This document shows positions 1 to 13,140 of a stretch of 64,000 bases of DNA, piece by piece. A program made the translations under genes and the position numbers. Below the pieces are notes generated by a model. It saw only the letters and a list, made by a program, of their open reading frames with translations. It was not told the DNA's origin and ran no database searches. The stretch comes from Okamejei kenojei. Taxonomy: Eukaryota. The stretch's first letter is position 1; each line of letters starts with the position of its first letter. The stretch lies in the NCBI GenBank assembly GCA_035221665.1, contig CM069161.1:18352001-18416000 (forward strand). The letters are read 5' to 3'.

Positions 1-712
1 CCGCCAACAGTGTGTCTGTTTTTTTGCCTTTTTTGTAATTTTTTGTGCGTTTAAAAAGTTTGTGTAAATGTTCTCCAGTTTGTTTAATGTGGGGGGAGGG
101 GGAGGAGGTCGGGGGAAACTTTTATTCAGTCTCTTACCCTGTTACGATTGTTTTCCGGATCGCATCTCCGGTCGCTTTGCAGCCGAATATCGTGACGCTG
201 GAGGCCTCCTTGGACTGACCTTGAGCCCCACTGCGGGGCTTGGACTTAACATCGGAGCTGATCCCTTGCCTGGGATGGCTCCAATGGCAGCCTGCGAACT
301 TTACATCGAGAGCTCGCAGTCTTGGGAGAGGCTGAGCCGGGAGCTCCAACAACGCAGAGGTCTGATCGCCTGGCGCGGGGGAGCTGACATCTCCCCAATG
401 CGGGAGCTGATCGCCCCAACGTGGAGCTCCCAGAATGCTGCCGGCTACGCGAGTCAAGATCGTCCCGTCAACGGAAGGCTCGAGGCCCCCGACCGCGAGA
501 GAACAATGAAGGGAAGAGATTGAACTTTATTTTCGCCTTCCATCACAGTGAGGAATGTGGAGGAGTCACTGTGGTGGATGTTTATGTTAAAATGTTTTTT
601 GTGTGTTCTGTTGCTTTTTATTTGTATGACTGACTTGGCAAATGAAATTCCTCGTATGTTGCAAAACATACTTGGCTAATAAAGTATTATTGTATTGGAC
701 TGTATTGTATTT
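1..712 (+). mobile_element. Non-autonomous retroelement (~750-bp family; 5' end cut by window edge), same family as 23436-24225 and 33400-34160
   Basis: Shares blocks with the other two copies (GGACTTAACATCGGAGCTGATCCC; GCCTTCCATCACAGTG...TGTGGTGGATGTT; CATACTTGGCTAATAAA) and ends in an (ATTGT)n-like tail. Confidence 0.7.
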
Positions 713-764
713 TTATTAGTGTTTGAAAACTGCCTGACTTTTGCAATAGTAATAGAACTAGTCC

Positions 765-1112
765 TAGAACGATAACGCACAGAAACAGGCCCTTCAGCCC
801 ATCTTGTCCATGCCAACTAAGTTGGCATCCTGGACGACTCTCATTTGCCTGCATTTTGGCCCATTGCCCTCTAAACCATTCCTATACATATATCTACCTG
901 GATGTCTTTTAAAAGTCATCATTGTATCCACTTCTATAGCTTCCTCTGGCAGTTCATTCCAGATATAGACTACCCTCTCCTAGAGTGAAAAAAATTCCCC
1001 TGAAGTCCACTCTCCTCTTAAATCTCTCTCCTCCGCTCTCTACTTCTATAACCTCTATGCTGGGAAAAAAGATTCTGAGCATTCACTTTATCCATGTCCC
1101 TCGTGATCTTGT
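765..1112 (-). mobile_element. CR1/HER1-type LINE 3' fragment
   Basis: GAAACAGGCCCTTCAGCCC...CATTTGCCTGCATTTTGGCCC...TCCTCTGGCAGTTCATTCCA, reverse complement of the CR1 3' end seen many times in the window. Confidence 0.65.
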
Positions 1113-1889
1113 AAGTTTTCATTTTGCTTTTGAGTAATTTGATCCCAATACATTACAATAATGCTCGGATAAATTAAGCCAAATTTCACAAGATCACACT
1201 CCCTTTATATCACCCACAGTGGTGGCAAATGCAAGTATTTGAATATATCATTTAGAAATAAGTAGTGGAACCAATATGCTGCCATAAATTAATGGCAATT
1301 AGCTTTTGCTGCCAAGTAAACCCTAGCGTTTGTGTTGCAATTTTTTTCTTAATTGACTGAGACATGAATCAATATTTTGAAAGTGTTGCTGTGAAAGAGT
1401 TGGCTGACAAATAAACTGCAAGAAATCAAACACTGTGCCCTTACAAGACATTTAGCTGTGTTTTGATTACCATTCCATCATGTGCTACATGATCAAGGTG
1501 CTACATAAAAATCATTGTTGGTACATTAGAAAACACAGCAACCCTTAATGTTAGAAAAGTTATTTTCTAAACCTTTGACCCTTTGTATGATAATTTATTT
1601 TAAGGTTTTGCATACTTTTGCCACATAAAACCTGTGAGTCACAGTGTCATAGACCAATACAACATGGAAACAGGTCCCTCAGCCCAACCTGTCTATGCTG
1701 CGAGAGTTTGGACCATGGAGACAGGAAACTCTGATGTGCAGAGGAACATTAACCTTGTTGTTTTATTAAAAGTTTTACTGTACTTGGCTTTAATAAATGT
1801 TTGCTTGTGCTCTTCAAAATGTTCTTTCTCTGGTCATTCATCCAAATCTTTGAATTCTGCATATATTTCATTTCAAATGCCCAGCTTGA

Positions 1890-2595
1890 AGGAGGCTGCA
1901 GAGAGCAGTAGACTGACCTCCCCACCATCAAAGGGATCTGTAGGAGGCACTGCCTCAAAAAGGCAGTCAACAAAAGATATATTTCATTCTGGCCACGCTC
2001 TCATTTCTCTGCTACCACAGAGAAGAAGATCTACGAGTAGTTGCTGTACTCAACAGCCAAAAATCTGTAGCCTCCCTTTGATCTGGTATTTTGTTAGTTC
2101 ACATGCATGATCAATGGTGTTTTATCATTAATATTTTTTTATTCTTGATGTTTAGTGTTTTCTGAGTCATTCATAACTGTCACTGTATGTCATGTTGTTA
2201 CATGTGGGTGGAGCACCAAGGCAAATTACTTGTATGTGAATACTTGGCCAATAAACTTACTTACTTCCAATAATCTGAAAACCATTACCTCCAGGTTCAA
2301 GAACAGCTTCTTCCCAGCAACCATCAGGTTCGTGAACACTGCACAACACTAACCAAAAGCCCATTTCACCAACTATCATCTTCAATAGACTTTGCTTTTG
2401 GTTGCAATGCAGGTTTCAGTTTTGCACTGTTTTTGTTTGGTTACTTAGTATTAGTGATTATTAATTAATCATATTGTTGATTATTGTATATTTATTTGAG
2501 TGTTATTGTGATAACATGCCTGTGAAGCTGCAGCAAGTAAAAAAAAACATTGTTCTGTTGCCGGTAAATATGACAATTAAACACTCTTAACTTTT
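1890..2595 (+). mobile_element. Rex1/Babar-like LINE 3' fragment (interrupted)
   Basis: Encodes ...TSRFKNSFFPATIRFVN, the C-terminal motif also seen at 56677-57155; 3' tail ATGACAATTAAACACTCTT. Confidence 0.55.
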
Positions 2596-2640
2596 GAATA
2601 AGAAAAAAGAGCATGAAATATCAAAAGCTGCTGCATTACC

Positions 2641-3677
2641 TAGCAATGTTACAATATTTTGAGATTTTAAAAATCAAGTCTGCAATTTATCCCATCAGAT
2701 AAAGCATCAAAATAAGTTTAATTTGACACCTAATTCACTTTCATATCTTCAGTATTAAAAAAGTTATGGCCATTTTCATACTCGGAAATTAGCATCTTGT
2801 TCCCTATTGCTTTCCATTGACTTAACACAAAAGTTGTGATCGAGGACAGTCAAAAGCCCATAAATTTATTAAAAATTAAGAGAACTGAAATAAATTTTTA
2901 GTTATTATAAATTGAAGCATTCTGAAACATATATGAAACAATCTTACTTGGATGACCTGAAATTAAATCATATAATTAGTTATTTACCCAATTGTAGCTA
3001 ATTACAAAATTCAATTACTTTATGATCTAACCATCTATCCATTTCTTAAGAAAATATTAACTTTTTTTTAAAGCCTAAGTGTCCAAATAACATTCACACA
3101 AGAATTCACAATATTACATGATTTTTAAATCTCATTGTTATGAATTTATAGGCTAAATTGAAGGAAATTAGTGTTTAATGCCCATAAATTAATGGGCATT
3201 TAAATCAGCTTGCGAGTGGGATTTTATGGAACACGGTGGATTGGAACGTTGCGGTTGCGGTGAATTTAAACCCCATATCGGCAGGAAAAACACTGCCAGT
3301 TCGTATGGGGAATAAATCACCGTTTCGCAACATGAAATATTGATTAAGGTTATCTTGAAAGGTTATATGAAAAAATAAACAGCTTTCACTTACCTGTCGC
3401 CTACGTAAAATCTGTCCCCGTTGTCGGCGTTCACGGCATTAGGAGCTAATTTTTATTTTACTGTGGCGCTGAAATAGTCGGGCGATTAAAAAAAAAATTT
3501 ACTTACCGGCAGTCGGAACGAATCTCCAGAAAAAGCTTGCACTCCAAGAAAATATAATTCCGGATGGCAGGGAAAAATCGCATTTTAACCCCGGCCCCCC
3601 TTAAAGGCGCCAAAGTCGCACACACGGCCAGTGACAGAACTGCAGCACTGCTAAAGGTAACTTTTGTAACATACCTA
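2641..3677. mobile_element. Non-autonomous DNA transposon, hAT-like
   Basis: Imperfect TIR TAGCAATGTTACAA (2641) / TTGTAACATACCTA (ends 3677); direct repeat CATTACC on both flanks (2634-2640, 3678-3684); no ORF. Confidence 0.7.
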
Positions 3678-3747
3678 CATTACCTGCCTGGGTATTTTGT
3701 ACTGGAAAATGAATTGTTAAATATGGTTCTGTGAATTTTGTTTGGTG

Positions 3748-4110
3748 TTAGAGTCATAGTCATAGAATGATACAGAGTGGAAACAGGCCCTTCGGCCCAA
3801 CTTGCCCACACCAGCCAACATGTCCCATCTACACTAGTCGCACCTACCCACATCCCTGGTCCATATCCCTCCAAACCTGTCCTATACATGTACTTGTCTA
3901 ACTACATCTTAAACGTTGAGATAGTCCCTGCCTCAACTACCTCCTCTGGCAGCATCTTCCAATCTTTGTGTGAAAACGTTACCCCTCAAATTCCTATTAA
4001 ATTATTTTTCCCCTTCACCTTAAACCTATGTCCTCTGGTCCTTGATTCACCTACTCTAGGCAAGAGACTCTGTGCATCTACCCAATCTATTATTCTCATG
4101 ACTTTATGCA
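3748..4110 (-). mobile_element. CR1 LINE 3' fragment
   Basis: Tail TAGAGTCATAGTCATAG; minus-strand translation MYRTGLEGYGP matches the CR1 ORF2 C-terminus. Confidence 0.75.
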
Positions 4111-4365
4111 TTGGTAATAGGTAGTACAGCTGGAGACAATGTTGCTGTGAGATTTCCCCTGGGTGTTAGAAAGCCTGGAGAAGTACTTACAGATCTTGAA
4201 TTTAAAGAAGCATCCATCATGAACATTCGCAGGGTAGGTTTAAATCAGTAGATTTAATCGGGCTTGCATCAGCACAGCCCTGCTGGTGCAAAGGGTGTGC
4301 AAATTGCTCTGTCAAGGTGCAGTCACGGATTCATAGAGCTGCATAGCACAGTAACTGTTCTGGAG

Positions 4366-4498
4366 TGTGCACGAAGGAACTGCAGATGCTGGTTTAAACT
4401 GAAATTAGACACAAAAAGCTGGACTAACTCAGCGGGACAGGCAGCATCCCTGGAGAAAAGGAATGGGTGACGTTTCGGGTCGGGAACCTCCTTCAACT
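4366..4498 (-). mobile_element. Penelope-like terminal (pLTR) fragment with degenerate hammerhead core
   Basis: GAAGGAACTGCAGATGCTGG...CTCAGCGGGACAGGCAGCATC...GGGTGACGTTTCGGGTCG; same sequence that abuts the GIY-YIG ORF at 10805-11760. Confidence 0.65.
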
Positions 4499-5121
4499 GT
4501 TCATACTGAGCTAGTCCCATTTGCCTGCATTTGGCCCATATCCCTCTCTAAAACCCTTTCTATGTCCAAATGTCTTCTTTATAAGTTGTAATTGCGTCCG
4601 CCTCTATAGCTCCGCCTAGCAACTCATTGTGGATACTGACTACCGTCTGAATGAAGACGTTGCCATGGCGATACATACAGTAAGTGGTTGAAACCATTAG
4701 CTCCCTGCCTGCAGAGTGGCAGAGTGAATCGGAGTGACGGAGGGTCACAATGGAATGCTTTCGCAAACCTGCCAGCAGGCATTCACCAAGTACGTTGATT
4801 TAGAGTTGAGAAATACGACCCCTTATGTTCTCATTTGAAACTACATCTGACTGATTGGGTTATTTACTGATTCCAAATCAATCTTGTGCTCAGAGTCTAT
4901 AAGTTACCAAAGAAGTGGTTTGAATTGAATTGTTGTTAGTGCTTTTATGGTACACCCTGGCACAGTGTCCCAGCATCTCTAAGAAAGTTAATAACTAGAT
5001 TTTCAAATCTTTTGAATATTGAATTATCAATTTTAGCACAAAAAGACGACTAAATTTAAAAAAGTAAAATTTCTTAGAATAGCTTGAGCAGTTTACAGGA
5101 TGATGATCTATCAAAGACACA

Positions 5122-5392
5122 AGGGCGGCAGAGTGGTGCAGCAGTAGAGCTGCTGCCTTACAGCGCCAGGGACCTGGGTTCGATCCTAACTATGGGTGCT
5201 GTACTTTTGTATGTTGTCCCGTGGGTTTTCTCCGGGTGCTCCGGTTTGCTCCCACACTCCAAAGACATACAGATTTGTAGGTTAATTGGCTTCGGTAAAA
5301 ATTGTAAATTGTCCCTAGTGTGAAGGACAATGCCAGTGTACGGGGATCATTGATCAGGACGGACTCGGTGGTCCAAAGGACTTGTTTCCGCC
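5122..5392 (+). mobile_element. HE1-type tRNA-derived V-SINE
   Basis: tRNA-like head with A box (TGGTGCAGCAGTAGAGC) and B box (GGTTCGATCC), V-domain GGGTGCTCCGGTTT...CCCACACTCCAAAGAC, CR1-like 3' end. Confidence 0.8.
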
Positions 5393-5772
5393 AACACCGA
5401 GGAACAATACATGTACCGACACCTTGTTGTTTCCAGTAAAATAACTGGTTATCATTAATGGGTAACATACCTAGTGATATATAAAATTGTTGAGCATAAT
5501 GATACCTAGATTCCATTATAATTAAACAAAATAAATAAGGCTACAGTTATGGAGAATTAGACACAAGGACTGCAGTTTGAAAACCATCTCAGTGTGAAGT
5601 GTGTTCATTAAGCTGAGCTTGCTCCCTTCACCCATTGCTTTTGTATTTAAGGACTGTCCTTAAATATAAAAGCAGTGGGTGAACAGAGTCCTCTAGTCCT
5701 TCTAGTTTTAATCCAGGGTCCTCTAGTGCCTCAGTTTTACGGTTCCCATTCTTCTCTTCAATGTCCTTGCAA

Positions 5773-6760
5773 CAGGGCCGGATTTAGATGAAGAGAGGCC
5801 CTAGGCTATTCCACTTGTGAGGCCCCTCCCAATCCCCCACCCCCACGACGAGAGGAAGATGGAAGAGTCCACCAGATTGACACTGATGTGCCGCCGAGTG
5901 TGGCCAATGAGATAAGGGCTGGAAAGCTGCGCTTTTTATTTATTGCCAGTGCTAGTGTCGAATTATGTTTTGTGTGTTGATTTGATTGCCTGTTACTGTT
6001 CGACCGTGTTAGTGTGTGCACATTAAAAATATGATGCAAAATGAAAGTCGAAAAAAAAAGGAATACATATTTTTCAGTATTGTTATCAAGGAAAATAAAG
6101 CAGTTCCAATTATTTGATATTATTTATATGGAGGAGAAAATATATTTGCTCTAAAACCTAACTTAATTTTGCTATCTCACTAAAAATAATCCCCCTTTCC
6201 CTCTCCCCTCCTCCTTCCCCTCCTTCCCCACTCTCTTTCTCCCCCTCTCCTCCCCTCCCTCTCTCTCCCCCCTCTGTCTCAACCCCCTCTTTACCCCTCT
6301 CACATCCCTCCCTCCCCCTTTCTCTTTCCCTCCCACGCAGCGAGGCTCCGACTCCGCGCCGCAGACACCGCAGCCCCCCCACCACCTCGGCCCGGAGAAA
6401 TGGGCCCTCCCGCAACGCAATGTTCCACTACTTACCTGGAGTAGACACGAGGCACTGAGGTGAGTGCAAATGGAGATCTGAACCCGCCCGGGCCCACTGC
6501 GCACGCGCGGAGTGACAGCGTCATTTTGCGTCGCTACTGCATTACCGGCATCCCCCAACTGCGCAGGCGCGGATGGTTGCAATTTTTTCCCCCAAAACAT
6601 CCAGTGGGCCGGCACAAGAATTTCGGGTAATTTCCGTCAAAGTGGAAATTTTTCTCGGGAATTTATCTACTCTGGGGAAAAAAACACCTTGGCTGGAGGC
6701 CCCCTAGATTTTGAAGCCCTGGGCTTCAGCCTATGAAGCCTATAGGTAAATCCGGCCCTG
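5773..6760. mobile_element. Non-autonomous DNA transposon, hAT/Tip100-like; second right-end copy to 6828
   Basis: Perfect 14-bp TIR CAGGGCCGGATTTA (5773) / TAAATCCGGCCCTG (ends 6760); repeated subterminal GAGGCCC motifs; extra TAAATCCGACCCTG ending at 6828. Confidence 0.75.
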
Positions 6761-7026
6761 CTGAGGCCCAGCTAGATCCCAAGGCCCTAAGCTTAAGCTT
6801 GCGAACCGTATATGTAAATCCGACCCTGCAACTAGCTCCACCTCTGTCACCTCCTCCAGCCCAGCACTGCTCCAGGGTTGCTGCATTCCTCTAACTTTGT
6901 TTCCTTCAGCCTGACTAACCATACCTCAGATGTAACAGTCTGGAATTGTCTCTGCAAACAACTTCACACTTGCACCTTTCTTTTCTTTAAGGCATGTTGT
7001 GAAACCCATTTTTACCCAACTTAGTT

Positions 7027-7775
7027 TCATAGAAATATAGAAAATAGGTGCAGGAGTAGGCAATTCGGCCCTTCGATATGATCATGGCTGATCATCCAAC
7101 TCAGTATCCCGTACCAGCCTTCTCTCCATACCCTCTGATCCCTTTAACCACAAGGGCTGCATCTAACTCCCTCTGAAATATAGCCAATGAACTGGCCTCA
7201 ACTACCTTCTGTGGAAGAGAATTCCAGAGATTCACCACTCTGTGTGAAAAATGTTTTTCTCATCTCGGTCCTAAAAGATTTCACCCTTATCCTTAAACTT
7301 GTCCTGGACTTCCTCAACATCGGGAACAATCTTCCTGCATCTAGCCTGTCCAACCCCTTAAGAATGTTGTAAGTTTCTATAAGATCCCCCCTCAACCTTC
7401 TAAATTCTAGCGAGTACAAGCCGAGTCTATCCAGTCTTTCTTCATATGAAAGTCCTGACATCCCAGGAATCAGTCTGGTGAACCTTCTCTGTATTCCCTC
7501 TATGGCAAGAATGTCTTTCCTCAGATTTGGAGACCAAAACTGTACGCAATACTCCAGGTGTGGTCTCACCAAGTCGCTGTAAAACTGCAGTAGAACCTCC
7601 CTGCTCTTATACTCAAATCCTTTTGCTATGAATGCTAACATACCATTCGCTTTCTTCACTGCCTGCTGCACCTGCATGCCTACTTTCAATGACTGGTGTA
7701 CCACGACACCCAGGTCTCGTTGCAAGGTGTACTTCAATGACTGGTGTACCATGATACCCAGGTCTCGTTTCACCA
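7027..7775 (-). mobile_element. CR1 LINE 3' fragment (ORF2 C-terminus), same subfamily as 49286-53625
   Basis: ORF 7198-7776 (KANGMLAFIAKGFEYKSREVLLQ...VRPHLEYCVQFWSP); CATAGAAA tail; short tandem duplication at its 5' truncation point (~7682-7770). Confidence 0.9.
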
Positions 7776-9054
7776 CTGTGCTGCCTTAGTTCTCAGCATT
7801 GGACAGAACCCTAGCTTATGGAAGGACCATTCAGAAGCCTGATGACAGGGGAAAAAGTTATTCCTGAATTTGGTGTAACATGGTTTCAGTCTGCCACGTT
7901 TTAAGCATTTCCCTCCTTAGACGTTAAATATTTACATCAAAACAAAGCATTCAATAATGTATTGTGGCTTTGGCATGTATTTGACATCGCGGTGCCGTGT
8001 CATATTCTGGCACTGTTACTGTTGTTGGTGCAATGTTTGTGTTTCACTGAAAGCTGATCATGAGCTGCTTTAGAATAAACCAACACAGCACATAAGCCTT
8101 ACGACAGATGGGCACACTGTGAGGCATGCAAAATATATTCCCACGAGGCAGCCGCATTTTAATAATTGACGTTGTTTTTTAATTGGCTTTATTCTCAACT
8201 TCTTCATTAGTCATTGTTAATATTTTGAAAAACAAATTGGAATCAGGCCATTGTCTCCGCATTACACCTCCACTCACTTACCTCACTCTCCCCACCTACA
8301 CTCCAAATCTCACAAGTGCCTTTAAAAGCCTCAAGGTGATTTTTGAGTATCAAGGATGTATCCTTTGGGACTGAAGGCTCTCGTTGAGGAGATTTGTGGA
8401 TCTAACTCCTTGAACTTCAAAACCCAAACAAAAAGCCATCTGCTGGCTCCATTGCCAACAGAGTGCTCTATCTATCTCCAATCCCTTCAGTTACAGAGCT
8501 CAAGATAGTAAGAGCAAGAGTAGGTTACCAAGCCCCTTAATCTTGCCCCAACACTCTATATGATCATAGACAATCTATGCTGTCCTCAACTCCTTCTTAT
8601 GTCCCAGTTCCCCTTAGCTCTCAATTCTTTGATCTTTCCAATATTTATCTATCTCCACCTGAAATATATCCAATGACCTGGCTTCCACAGCACTTGGCGA
8701 CAATGAATGTTAGAGATTTACTAGCTCCTGAGAGAAGAAATGTCTGCGCGCATTAGTGTTGAAATGACCAGTCCCTTATTTTGGAGCTACGTTCCCTTGT
8801 TCTCACTAGTGGGAGAGTCATGAACACTCAGCATGCATCCTGTAAAGGTTCTTTTACATGTTATATGTTGGAATAAGGTCATCCCCCATTCTGCTAAAAC
8901 TCCATGAATACTGATCCCAACCGTCTAGCCTTTCTTGGCAGGACAACTTCTCATCTCAGAAATTAGCTTGAGATGATTCAAGATTCATGATTCAATTTAA
9001 TTGTCACATGTACCAATTAAGGTACAGTGAAATTTACCATGTAACACCCCATGC

Positions 9055-9334
9055 AATGCCCCTGTCCCACTTAGGAAACCTGAACGGTTTCCTGAGACTT
9101 TGCGCCCCACCCAAGGTTTCCGTGAGGTTCCCGGAGGTTTTTGTCATCCGGCAATGACCTTCAACTAGCATCACAACCAGCTTCGACTAAAAATTTACCG
9201 ATTTTTAAAACAGAAACCACTTTTGACCATTAGGGAGACTGACAAAAACCTCCGGGAACCGCATGGAAACCTTGGGTGGGGCGCAAAGTCTCCAGAGGTT
9301 TCCGTTCAGGTTTCCTAAGTGGGACAGGGGCATT
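9055..9334. mobile_element. Fold-back MITE, PIF/Harbinger-like
   Basis: ~90-bp inverted arms AATGCCCCTGTCCCACTTAGGAAACCTGAACGG... / ...CCGTTCAGGTTTCCTAAGTGGGACAGGGGCATT. Confidence 0.75.
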
Positions 9335-9423
9335 AAGGTTCCAGAATCTCCCTCATGCAGATTCAGGGACAGTTTCTTCCCAGCTGTTATCAGGCAACTG
9401 AACCATCCTACCAACAACTAGAC

Positions 9424-9740
9424 AGCGGCAAACGGAAAAGAGGTGGACAAAAGAAGAGATTCAAAGACGCCTTAAAAGCTAGCATGAAGAAATGTGCAAT
9501 CGACATCGACAATTGGGAAACCAATGCCAAGGACAGGAAACTCTGGCGAGCCATCATCCAAGAAGGAACAGAGACCTTTAAAGCCAAGAGATGCGCAGAA
9601 TTAGAAGAAAAGAGAAGAAATCGGAAAGAGAGGCAGCAACAACCAAAGTAAATGAAAGTAAAAATATTGTTTGCCTTCTTAACTACTTGTTGGATCTGCC
9701 TGTTAACTTTTGGCGATTCATGCACTGGACTAGAAGAGCT
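9424..9740 (+). mobile_element. RTE-clade LINE ORF C-terminal fragment
   Basis: GKRKRGGQKKRFKDALKASMKKCAIDIDNWETNAKDRKLWRAII resembles the conserved RTE C-terminal GxRxxGxQxKRxKD...W...AxDRxxWR region. Confidence 0.7.
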
Positions 9741-10039
9741 AGATCGCCCAAACAGCTTATTTGCAGTGTCTCCATTTAAATAAAATCCTTTTGAACTGCT
9801 AGCCAGAAAATCCCATTTTCATATTTAAAGTTGATGTGTGGAACTATGATAGAGAACAATTTAACTTTGCACCTTATATCCTTCCTCAGCTAATGATGCT
9901 CCAAGAACATCAATGATTGGCCATAAAGACCATTTTTCTTTTTTTATTGACATCCTCTGTCTCGGTTTATATCTGTCTGCAGTCTCTATCTTGCTTTCTC
10001 TGATTTTTTTAATTTTCCTACCACTTCCTGGTTCTCTTT

Positions 10040-10128
10040 CGTGCTCTCTTCCTCCCCCTCCCCCGTCCCCCTCCCCCTCCCCCTCCCCCGTCCCCCTCCC
10101 CCTCTCCTCCTCCCCATCACTCCCCCTC

Positions 10129-10172
<44 letters not shown>

Positions 10173-10205
10173 CTCTGTATCTCTAAGTCTTTCACCTCTA
10201 TTTCT
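10040..10205. repeat. Polypyrimidine low-complexity tract with (CCCCCT)n and (CT)n microsatellite
   Basis: Directly visible. Confidence 0.9.
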
Positions 10206-10804
10206 GTCTGACAGGTTCTGCTCACAAGTGTATACATGTGTGTGTATTACTTTTTCTCATTGATGTTCAGAAGGCTTGATTGTTTTCATTTAACTCTTTA
10301 ACGAAGTTCTACAATGCGACAGGCAACTGCACTTACACATTACAGAACCATCTGACTGAACCGCCATAATAAGTTGGACCTTTAAATAAATTGTTTCAAA
10401 TGTCTTGCGTGAATACAAATCAGCTTTCTCAGCTGGATGCCTTTGTAAATACCTCGGATACAACATGTTCATAGTATCTGCACTCACCAGTCAAGCCATC
10501 CCCACCCCTCTATCCCCATCCCCCCTCCTTTCCACCAGCAACTTACAACAAGGGAAGAGATGAGAAATGAGTTATGACTTGACGATTTATGTTATTTCTC
10601 CATTAATCTCACAAAAATCTGAAGTTCTGACACAATTCCTATTGATATTCATTGAATGTCATGAAGTTGCTGGATTTGTGGCATAAGTAACAGATGATTG
10701 TCACTGCAGCTTTCAAGTTGGTACTTCATGCAACAAGGTCCATTTTAACGTTGTGATTTAAAGTCCTGACACAATGCATAATCTTGGAAGCTCAGCAGAG
10801 GAGG

Positions 10805-11760
10805 TAAACAAAATTGCTGGAGAAACTCAGCGGGTGCGGCAGCATCTATGGAGCGAAGGAAATAGGCAATGTTTCAGCCCGAAACCCTTCTTCAGACTGA
10901 TGCAGGGTGGGGAGGGGGGATGGGACGGGAAGAAGAAAGGAAGAGGAGGAGCCAGAGGGCTGAGGGAGAGCTGAGAAGGGGAGGAGACAGCAAGGGCTAC
11001 TGGAAATTGGAGAAGTCAATGTTTATGCCGCTAGGGTGCAAACTGCCCAAGCGGAGTATGAGGTGCTGCTCCTCCAGTTTCTGATGGTGCTCACTCTGGC
11101 AATGGAGGAGGCCCAGGACAGAAAGGTCGGATTCGGAATGGGAGGTGGAGTTGAAGTGCTGAGCCACAGGGAGATCAGGTTGGTTAATGCGGACCGAGCG
11201 GAGGTGTTCGGCGAAACGATCGCCAAGCCTACGCTTGGTCTCACCGATGTAGATCAGCTGACATCTAGAGCAGTGGATGCAATAGATGAGGTTGGAGGAG
11301 GTGCAGATGAACTTGTGTCGCAACTGAAACGACTGCTTGGGTCCTTGAATGGAGTGGAGGGGGGATGTAAAGCGACAAGTGTAGCACCTCTTGCGGTTGC
11401 AAGGGAAAGTGCCCGGGGAGGGGGTGGTGCGGGAGGGAAGGGAAGAATTGACCAGGGCGTTACAGAGGGAGCGGTCTTTGCGGAAAGCAGACGGGGGGAG
11501 ATGGGAAGATGTGGCGAGTGGTGGGGTCACATTGGAGGTGGCGAAAATGACGGAGGACTATGTATTGCATGTGCCGGCTAGTGGGCTGGAAGGTGAGGAC
11601 TAAGGGGACTCTGCCTTTGTTCCGAATGGAGGGGATGGGGAGAGAGAGAGCAGTGTTGCAGGGTATTGAAGAGACCCTGGTGAGAGCCTCATCTATGGTA
11701 GGGGAGGGGAACCCCTGTTCCCTGAAGAATGAGGACATTTCCGATGCCCTGGTGTGGAAC
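10805..11760 (-). mobile_element. Penelope-like retroelement 3' part: GIY-YIG endonuclease plus terminal repeat
   Basis: ORF 10997-11530 has PCNRKRCYTC...NLIYCIHCSRCQLIYIGETKRRLGDRFAEH...VAQHFN; frameshifted upstream part 11460-11738 (RVPLVLTFQP); terminal repeat with CTGAAGA...GAAAC core at ~10868-10897. Confidence 0.9.
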
Positions 11761-12714
11761 AGAACAGAGGAACAGTTTCAATATTTTTCTTCATTCTTCT
11801 TTCTTTGCCTTAACTCAATCTTTTTTCCCTTCTCTTTATTACTCTTTTGATACTCTGATTAGACCCTAACAGGATTTGTGCACTTTTTTTGAACATTTAC
11901 ACCCAGTCCTTTTTTTTTGTTGACAAAAAGATGCCAGTGAGCAGATCAATTAAAAACTCAGCTACAATTAACAACATTTACCAATATACCCCACCCTTCA
12001 GTTTTGATTTTGTGACCATTTAATTTCTAATTTAATAAACTAATAACTAAATATATAAAGTATATACAATTTGAAAATCTAGCAAATAATGTTTATGATG
12101 TGAGAACATGTTCCTTTTAGACTTTAGCGACACAGCATGGAAATAGGCCCTTTGGCCCACCGAGTCCATGTTAATGGTAAGATTAAACGAGCTTACCAGT
12201 TTGAAGTTTGATCTTGATTTTATGAGGAGTTACGTTGGTGATTACGTGAAGAAGACCCACCAGGCCGCATGCTCACCAATCTTCAAAACAGCGGTATGAA
12301 ATCACAAATAACAACACTGAAGTGACATAGTAAGATGCGTGACTCGAGAACTACCAGATGATCCTTTATGAGAGAGGGTTGGGTGTGGCGGGCATGTAAT
12401 CACCAACGTAACTCCTCATAAAATCAAGATCAAACTTTAAACTGGTAAGTTATCGTTTAATCTTACTATTTTACTTCGGAGTCACGTGAGTGATTCCGTG
12501 AAGAGTTCAAAGCTTTGTGATTTCATGCCGCAGATTACAAATCTCGGCATCCCACTTCAGTGATTGACTCGAATGAGAAATTAATGCATTAGTAGTAACA
12601 TTGCTTTTAATGCAGTAATAAAGTTTATTTAAAAAATATTTTAAAAAACAGTACCCCTCTATCCCAGGCACTTTAAACAGAACTTAAAATAGCATTGGCA
12701 AACAGCCCTGGATC

Positions 12715-13140
12715 GGCAATCGGCCGATGATAGAAATACTGAAATATCAACTCATTTGCCCATGATAGTTGGGGCCGGATGATACGCTGACGTTGATGCT
12801 CACCTGGTGGAATAAGATATACAATCATCAGTGTAAATACCTGTGTAACCCAGAACCTGCTGCAGCCACCTTGAAATAGTCTGCGACCTACCTCAGTGTA
12901 GTTGTTTGTTTACTAATAAACAATGCTGATTCCATACTTCTTAGGTTTTTGGTGTCCTTGATAACATAGACGTGAGACCGTGGGGTATCCAAAATGATCT
13001 TAAATCATGCCACCCCTAGTCTACTCTGCTTGTGTAGACCAGAATGTAAAATGCAATGGCACCTGCAGCCAATTCCATCCCATCTAGCCGCAGCGTTTGC
13101 AATGTTTGCCGTCGTTGTGCTGATATTAGTGTCATAACAA
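12715..13140 (-). pseudogene. DIRS tyrosine recombinase remnant
   Basis: Manual minus-strand translation gives the SAQR box, the (H/Y)STR-ASTS box with an in-frame stop, and FYHRP containing the catalytic Tyr position. Confidence 0.8.

Noticed and set aside
68-523. 151-aa ORF as a coding gene
   Set aside because: Within a dispersed repeat; the frame is not preserved in the other two copies
6340-6600. CpG-island promoter or first exon of the channel gene
   Set aside because: Lies wholly inside a TIR-bounded transposon (5773-6760)
11036-11581. 181-aa plus-strand ORF
   Set aside because: Antisense shadow of the Penelope GIY-YIG ORF
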